Shown here in pieces: positions 60,183-64,000 of a stretch of DNA of 64,000 bases; positions within the stretch are counted from its first letter, which is position 1, and each line of letters opens with the position of its first letter. The notes below the pieces were generated by a model that did no database searches, had not been told where the DNA came from, and was given only the letters and a program-made list of their open reading frames with translations. The translations under genes and the position numbers were made by a program. This DNA is from Candidatus Babelota bacterium (lineage in GTDB: Bacteria > Babelota > Babeliae > Babelales > CAIQNR01): positions 8,722 through 72,721 of the forward strand of contig CBFHTA010000001.1 in assembly GCA_965658655.1 (NCBI GenBank), read 5' to 3'.

Positions 60183-62621
60183 CTACCGAACAACAAATGA
60201 AATTAAACGACCAGGAACCCAAATAGTTTTAACTATCTCTTTGCCCTCAAGCCACTTAGCCACCAGCTCTTTGGCTTGCGGTTCAACGTGATCTTGTTTT
60301 GCAGCGCGATCGATCGTTAACTGACCGCGAACTTTACCGTTAACTTGAACGCCAATAGTTACTTCTGTTTGCTTTGCTAGTTCAGGATCAAATGTTGGCC
60401 ACAAACCATCGCTCAATTGTTTACCACAAACTGTTTCTAACAACTCCGCACCCATATGAGGCGCAAGGATAGATAACGCGATAATCACTTGTTCAGCAGA
60501 TATTTTACCAAGTTTAAGTTCTTTAAGATCGTTAAAGAGTTCCATAGCAGCAGAAATTGCCGTGTTCGGTTTAAACAACGCAAGCCGCTCTTGATAATCT
60601 TTTAAGAATCGTTGCACACGCTTTTTTGCTTTAATGTCTTCTTGATCGTCTGCAACCACATTATCTGCGCCAAAATAGGTAACTACTTTTTGTGAAAAAC
60701 GCTTAATGCCTTCAAGGCCAGCATCTTGCCACTCACAATCAAGTTCTGGTGGCCCCATGAATAACATGTACATACGCAATACATCTGATCCGTATTTCTC
60801 CACAATTTCATCTGGATTAACCACATTACCCTTTGATTTAGACATTTTTTCAACGGCACCACTTTTCTCTGAAAGCTTGCAGACCATACCCTGATTAAAG
60901 AGTTGTTTGAATGGTTCATTAAACGGTATAAAACCTTTTTCGTGCAAAAACTTTATATAAAATCGAGCGTATAACAAATGCAAAATTGCATGCTCAATTC
61001 CACCTACATAAAGATCAACGGGAAGCCAATACTTCATATCTTCTGCATCAAAGGGTTTATCTGTAAGATTTGGATTTGGATAGCGCAAGAAATACCAACA
61101 CGATCCTGCCCACTGAGGCATAGTGTTGGTTTCTCGTTTTGCAGGACCAAAGCATTCTGGACACTCTGTGTTTACCCATTCTTCAATACCTGCAAGTGGA
61201 GACTCTCCAGTTCCTGTTGGTTCGTACTTTTCTACCTCAGGAAGCTTTACCGGAAGCTGATCCTCTGGCACCGGAACAATGCCACACTTTTCACAACGAA
61301 TTAACGGAATTGGCTCTCCCCAATAACGTTGTCGCGAGAAGACCCAATCTCGTAAACGATACGAGGTTTGAGGAACCGCTATGTCTTTTTCTTGAACATA
61401 CTTAATAATTTCTTGGCGAGATGTGCCTGCCACCTTACCTTCGAATGCTTTGGGCGCAGCCAAGATGCCTTTTTGCATATCGGTATAACACACTTCTAAG
61501 TTACGCACCTTTTCTGCAAGTTCTTCATTATTTGACGGAAAGAGAACAGCCTTTAAAGGAATGTTGTATTTCTTAGCAAAAGCAAAATCTCGTTCATCAT
61601 GAGCAGAACATTTTACAACACCTGTTCCATAATCTGCCAACGCAAAACTTGCTACCCAAATAGGTAAGTCTCCGTTACCTACAGGATCAACTATATATCG
61701 ACCCGTAAAAACACCTTCTACTTCTTTTTCTTCTTCTCTACCTAGTTTTGCACGTTTTTCGAGCATTTTTTGACAGACACCAAGAACTTCTTGCTTATTA
61801 CCTACACCTTCGAGAAGGGTTGGCAATAATGGATGATCGGGCGCAATCGCTACAAACGTATCCGCAGCAAAAGACTCAAAGTGAGTAGAGAATGTTTGAA
61901 TTTCAAGATCCATATCTTTAACTGGAGCAGTAAATAAAAGGCCTTCACTTTTACCAATCCAGTTACGCTGCATTAATTTAACTTTTTCTGGCCAATCAAG
62001 CGTATCTAAATCATTAAGTAAAGGTTCAGCATATTCGGTAATTTTCAAGACCCACTGAGGAATCTGCTTCTTCTCAACCTCAGTTCCACAACGCTCACAA
62101 CCCCTATCTACCACCTCTTCATTGGCAAGGCCAGTTTTACAAGATGGACACCAATTAATAGGCATATTTGATTCATACGCAAGGCCAGCTTTGAACATTT
62201 GCACAAAAATCCACTGAGTCCACTTGTAATAATCAGGGTCAGTAGTATTTAATTCTTTAGACCAGTCATACAAAGCACCAACTTCTTTAAGCTGCTCTTT
62301 GAACGTTGCAATATTTTTTTCGGTAGAGGTTTTGGGATGAATACCTTTTTTAATAGCATCGTTTTCTGCTGGAAGCCCAAATGCGTCCCACCCCATTGGA
62401 TGAAGCACATTGTAACCTTCAAGCCACTTCATACGTGCATAAACATCAGACAGTACATACCCACGCCAATGACCAACATGCAGACCAGAACCAGAAGGGT
62501 AAGGGAACATATCAAGACAATAATATTTCTTGCTTTGATTGTCTTTTTTCACCTGTGCATCGGGATTCTCTTCCCAACGCTTTTGCCACTTCTTTTCTAC
62601 TTCGGCTACATTGTATTGCAT
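60183..62621 (-). CDS. leuS: Leucine--tRNA ligase
   Basis: MFPYPSG.GLHVGH, GWDAFGLPAEN, CP1 editing domain, SRQRYWG, KMSKSKGN; likely start ATG 62621. Confidence 0.98.
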   Translation of the reverse strand: MQYNVAEVEKKWQKRWEENPDAQVKKDNQSKKYYCLDMFPYPSGSGLHVGHWRGYVLSDVYARMKWLEGYNVLHPMGWDAFGLPAENDAIKKGIHPKTSTEKNIATFKEQLKEVGALYDWSKELNTTDPDYYKWTQWIFVQMFKAGLAYESNMPINWCPSCKTGLANEEVVDRGCERCGTEVEKKQIPQWVLKITEYAEPLLNDLDTLDWPEKVKLMQRNWIGKSEGLLFTAPVKDMDLEIQTFSTHFESFAADTFVAIAPDHPLLPTLLEGVGNKQEVLGVCQKMLEKRAKLGREEEKEVEGVFTGRYIVDPVGNGDLPIWVASFALADYGTGVVKCSAHDERDFAFAKKYNIPLKAVLFPSNNEELAEKVRNLEVCYTDMQKGILAAPKAFEGKVAGTSRQEIIKYVQEKDIAVPQTSYRLRDWVFSRQRYWGEPIPLIRCEKCGIVPVPEDQLPVKLPEVEKYEPTGTGESPLAGIEEWVNTECPECFGPAKRETNTMPQWAGSCWYFLRYPNPNLTDKPFDAEDMKYWLPVDLYVGGIEHAILHLLYARFYIKFLHEKGFIPFNEPFKQLFNQGMVCKLSEKSGAVEKMSKSKGNVVNPDEIVEKYGSDVLRMYMLFMGPPELDCEWQDAGLEGIKRFSQKVVTYFGADNVVADDQEDIKAKKRVQRFLKDYQERLALFKPNTAISAAMELFNDLKELKLGKISAEQVIIALSILAPHMGAELLETVCGKQLSDGLWPTFDPELAKQTEVTIGVQVNGKVRGQLTIDRAAKQDHVEPQAKELVAKWLEGKEIVKTIWVPGRLISFVVR

Positions 62622-62637
62622 GTTTTCCTCTATCAAA

Positions 62638-62663
62638 CAAAAAGGCCCTTCTAATCAGGGCCT
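62638..62663 (-). terminator. Hairpin with T-tract just upstream of leuS
   Basis: Minus strand AGGCCCT-GATTAGA-AGGGCCTTTTT. Confidence 0.6.
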
Positions 62664-62695
62664 AAGTTTACTTTGTATTAATCCAGAGGTCAAAA

Positions 62696-63043
62696 TTAGC
62701 GCTTTATTCGTTCAATAGCTAAAAGCCCTCTGGAAATATAACTTTGATACTTTAGAGCAAAGTCTCCCTTTGTATTTACAAGTTGCTCTGCAAGATTCGT
62801 ATCTGCCTCTCAAAGGGCAAAACCATCAATATTTCCACTAATGCCATCTTAAAGTCTAGGGGCTCTAACATTATGGCCTTTTACATGAATCTTTATACCT
62901 TTTAGTCCGTCCTTTAAACCTAACAAATAACCCTTAGAAAGCTCTTTTCCCCCTGCAACAACTTCCTTAGGGTCGTGCTCATTCCAGTAACCTGAATGCG
63001 AATAGAACACAATTACCAAAAAACTAAATAATAATTTTTTCAT
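62696..63043 (-). pseudogene. Probable pseudogene of a small exported protein
   Basis: TAGGAG RBS and signal peptide; frame continues past TAA 62849 and TGA 62810 to TAA 62696, just before a terminator. Confidence 0.45.
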
Positions 63044-63066
63044 ATGATACTCCTAAAAAGAAAAAA

Positions 63067-63672
63067 TTAACGATTTCCTTTAAGAGACTTACCCGCCATC
63101 ATAAAAAGATTTGCCTGAGTAGCCATAGTTTCTAAATCATCTTTTTTTCTTTCTTCTGAACGCCTATTCTTACAGTATTCTAAAATCCTTTCCTTTTTTT
63201 CTTTCTCTTCAAGACGAGGATGGTTAAAAACTTGAGACAACCAATATACCTCCATAGAAGTAAGTTGCTTTTTCAGCTCTTCTGCAAATTTATGCGCTTC
63301 CCTCTCTCTTTCTTTATAACCATAACCTAAAAGACTATGCATATAGAAAGTACGAATATCAAAGCCCACTTCATAAAAGAAATCATTAAAATAAAAAGGA
63401 CTGCTAGGGTTTATTATTCCAGAAAGAAAAGGAGCATTTCTTTTACCTGTTAACCCAATACAAAAGTAATGAAAAGCCTCTTCTGGACTTAAAATTCTTC
63501 TTGACGAAGTTGACCAAGGCGCTCTGTCACGTGGTTCTTCTGATTCTGCATCAATAGAACAATCTGCATTAGAAACACCACTATTTGTCCTTATAGCAAG
63601 GTCAAGATACTCAGGCGCACTTATATTTGCAAAACAAAAAATTATATAAATGAAAAATATTTTTTTAATCAT
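63067..63672 (-). CDS. Hypothetical exported protein
   Basis: MIKKIFFIYIIFCFANISA signal. Confidence 0.7.
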   Translation of the reverse strand: MIKKIFFIYIIFCFANISAPEYLDLAIRTNSGVSNADCSIDAESEEPRDRAPWSTSSRRILSPEEAFHYFCIGLTGKRNAPFLSGIINPSSPFYFNDFFYEVGFDIRTFYMHSLLGYGYKEREREAHKFAEELKKQLTSMEVYWLSQVFNHPRLEEKEKKERILEYCKNRRSEERKKDDLETMATQANLFMMAGKSLKGNR

Positions 63673-63722
63673 AATCTCTTTTATAGTAAACTAATTAAAA
63701 CTCTTTAAAGTATAGGATGCTT

Positions 63723-64000
63723 ATGGCACAAACACAATCACAAAATGCTGCCCCACCAATAAAAACTGAACGCATTTTAGTTATTAAACGCTCCGAACTC
63801 TTTCAAGAGTCGGCATGGACCGGAATTAAAGCTGTAAACTTTAACGACTACTTATCATTGATTCAGGAAAAACAAGAATTTATGCCTAGGAACCTTGCCG
63901 AAGAAAACTTTGCATATAAACAAATCATTCCATACTTAGTATTTCAACACAACGATGCCTACTTTTTAATGCAACGCAAATCTGGATCTTCTGAACAACG
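63723..64000 (+). CDS. NUDIX-family predicted phosphoesterase (YmaB-like), 3' end outside window
   Basis: Translated by hand: ERILVIKR...R..AEENFAYKQIIPY...FLMQRKSGSSEQR; TAGGA RBS; not in ORF track. Confidence 0.75.
   Translation, partial: MAQTQSQNAAPPIKTERILVIKRSELFQESAWTGIKAVNFNDYLSLIQEKQEFMPRNLAEENFAYKQIIPYLVFQHNDAYFLMQRKSGSSEQ

Noticed and set aside
59994..60226. Possible frameshifted small exported gene starting MKKTITLATL
   Set aside because: Needs two frameshifts and overlaps the leuS 3' end; too weak to call
62696..63043. Stop-codon reassignment suggested by in-frame stops
   Set aside because: The interrupting stops are of two kinds, and TAA, TAG and TGA all end intact conserved genes elsewhere in the window
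1..64000. CRISPR array, IS element, prophage, rRNA or defence island
   Set aside because: No regularly spaced repeats, transposase, phage structural or recognisable defence genes were found by reading

Overview
AT-rich (roughly one-third GC by eye) bacterial chromosomal window read with genetic code 11. Housekeeping genes (cysS, leuS, groES-groL, bamA, uvrB, recD2, part of an F-type ATP synthase operon, ftsL/ftsI-like, trxA, rpe, five tRNA genes) are interleaved with many orphan ORFs that start with Sec-type signal peptides. Several orphans carry eukaryote-like modules: a RING-H2 finger, two tandem zinc-finger proteins (one with C2H2 fingers and NLS-like basic tracts), an ankyrin-repeat protein, a putative clan CD (His-Gly...Cys) protease with PxxP motifs, and two small Cys-tailed proteins with YxxPhi/dileucine-like motifs. 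This make-up, with salvage and peptide-scavenging functions, suggests a Gram-negative intracellular parasite of protists, most plausibly Babelota (Dependentiae/TM6); that assignment is an inference from gene content. The best candidate for an undescribed system is the Sec-exported effector repertoire together with two orphan outer-membrane-like proteins. The ATP synthase c subunit has a full Na+-binding signature. No integrase, transposase, prophage, rRNA or CRISPR array was seen. Two edge-truncated genes (<1..1157 and 63723..>64000) are missing from the supplied ORF track.
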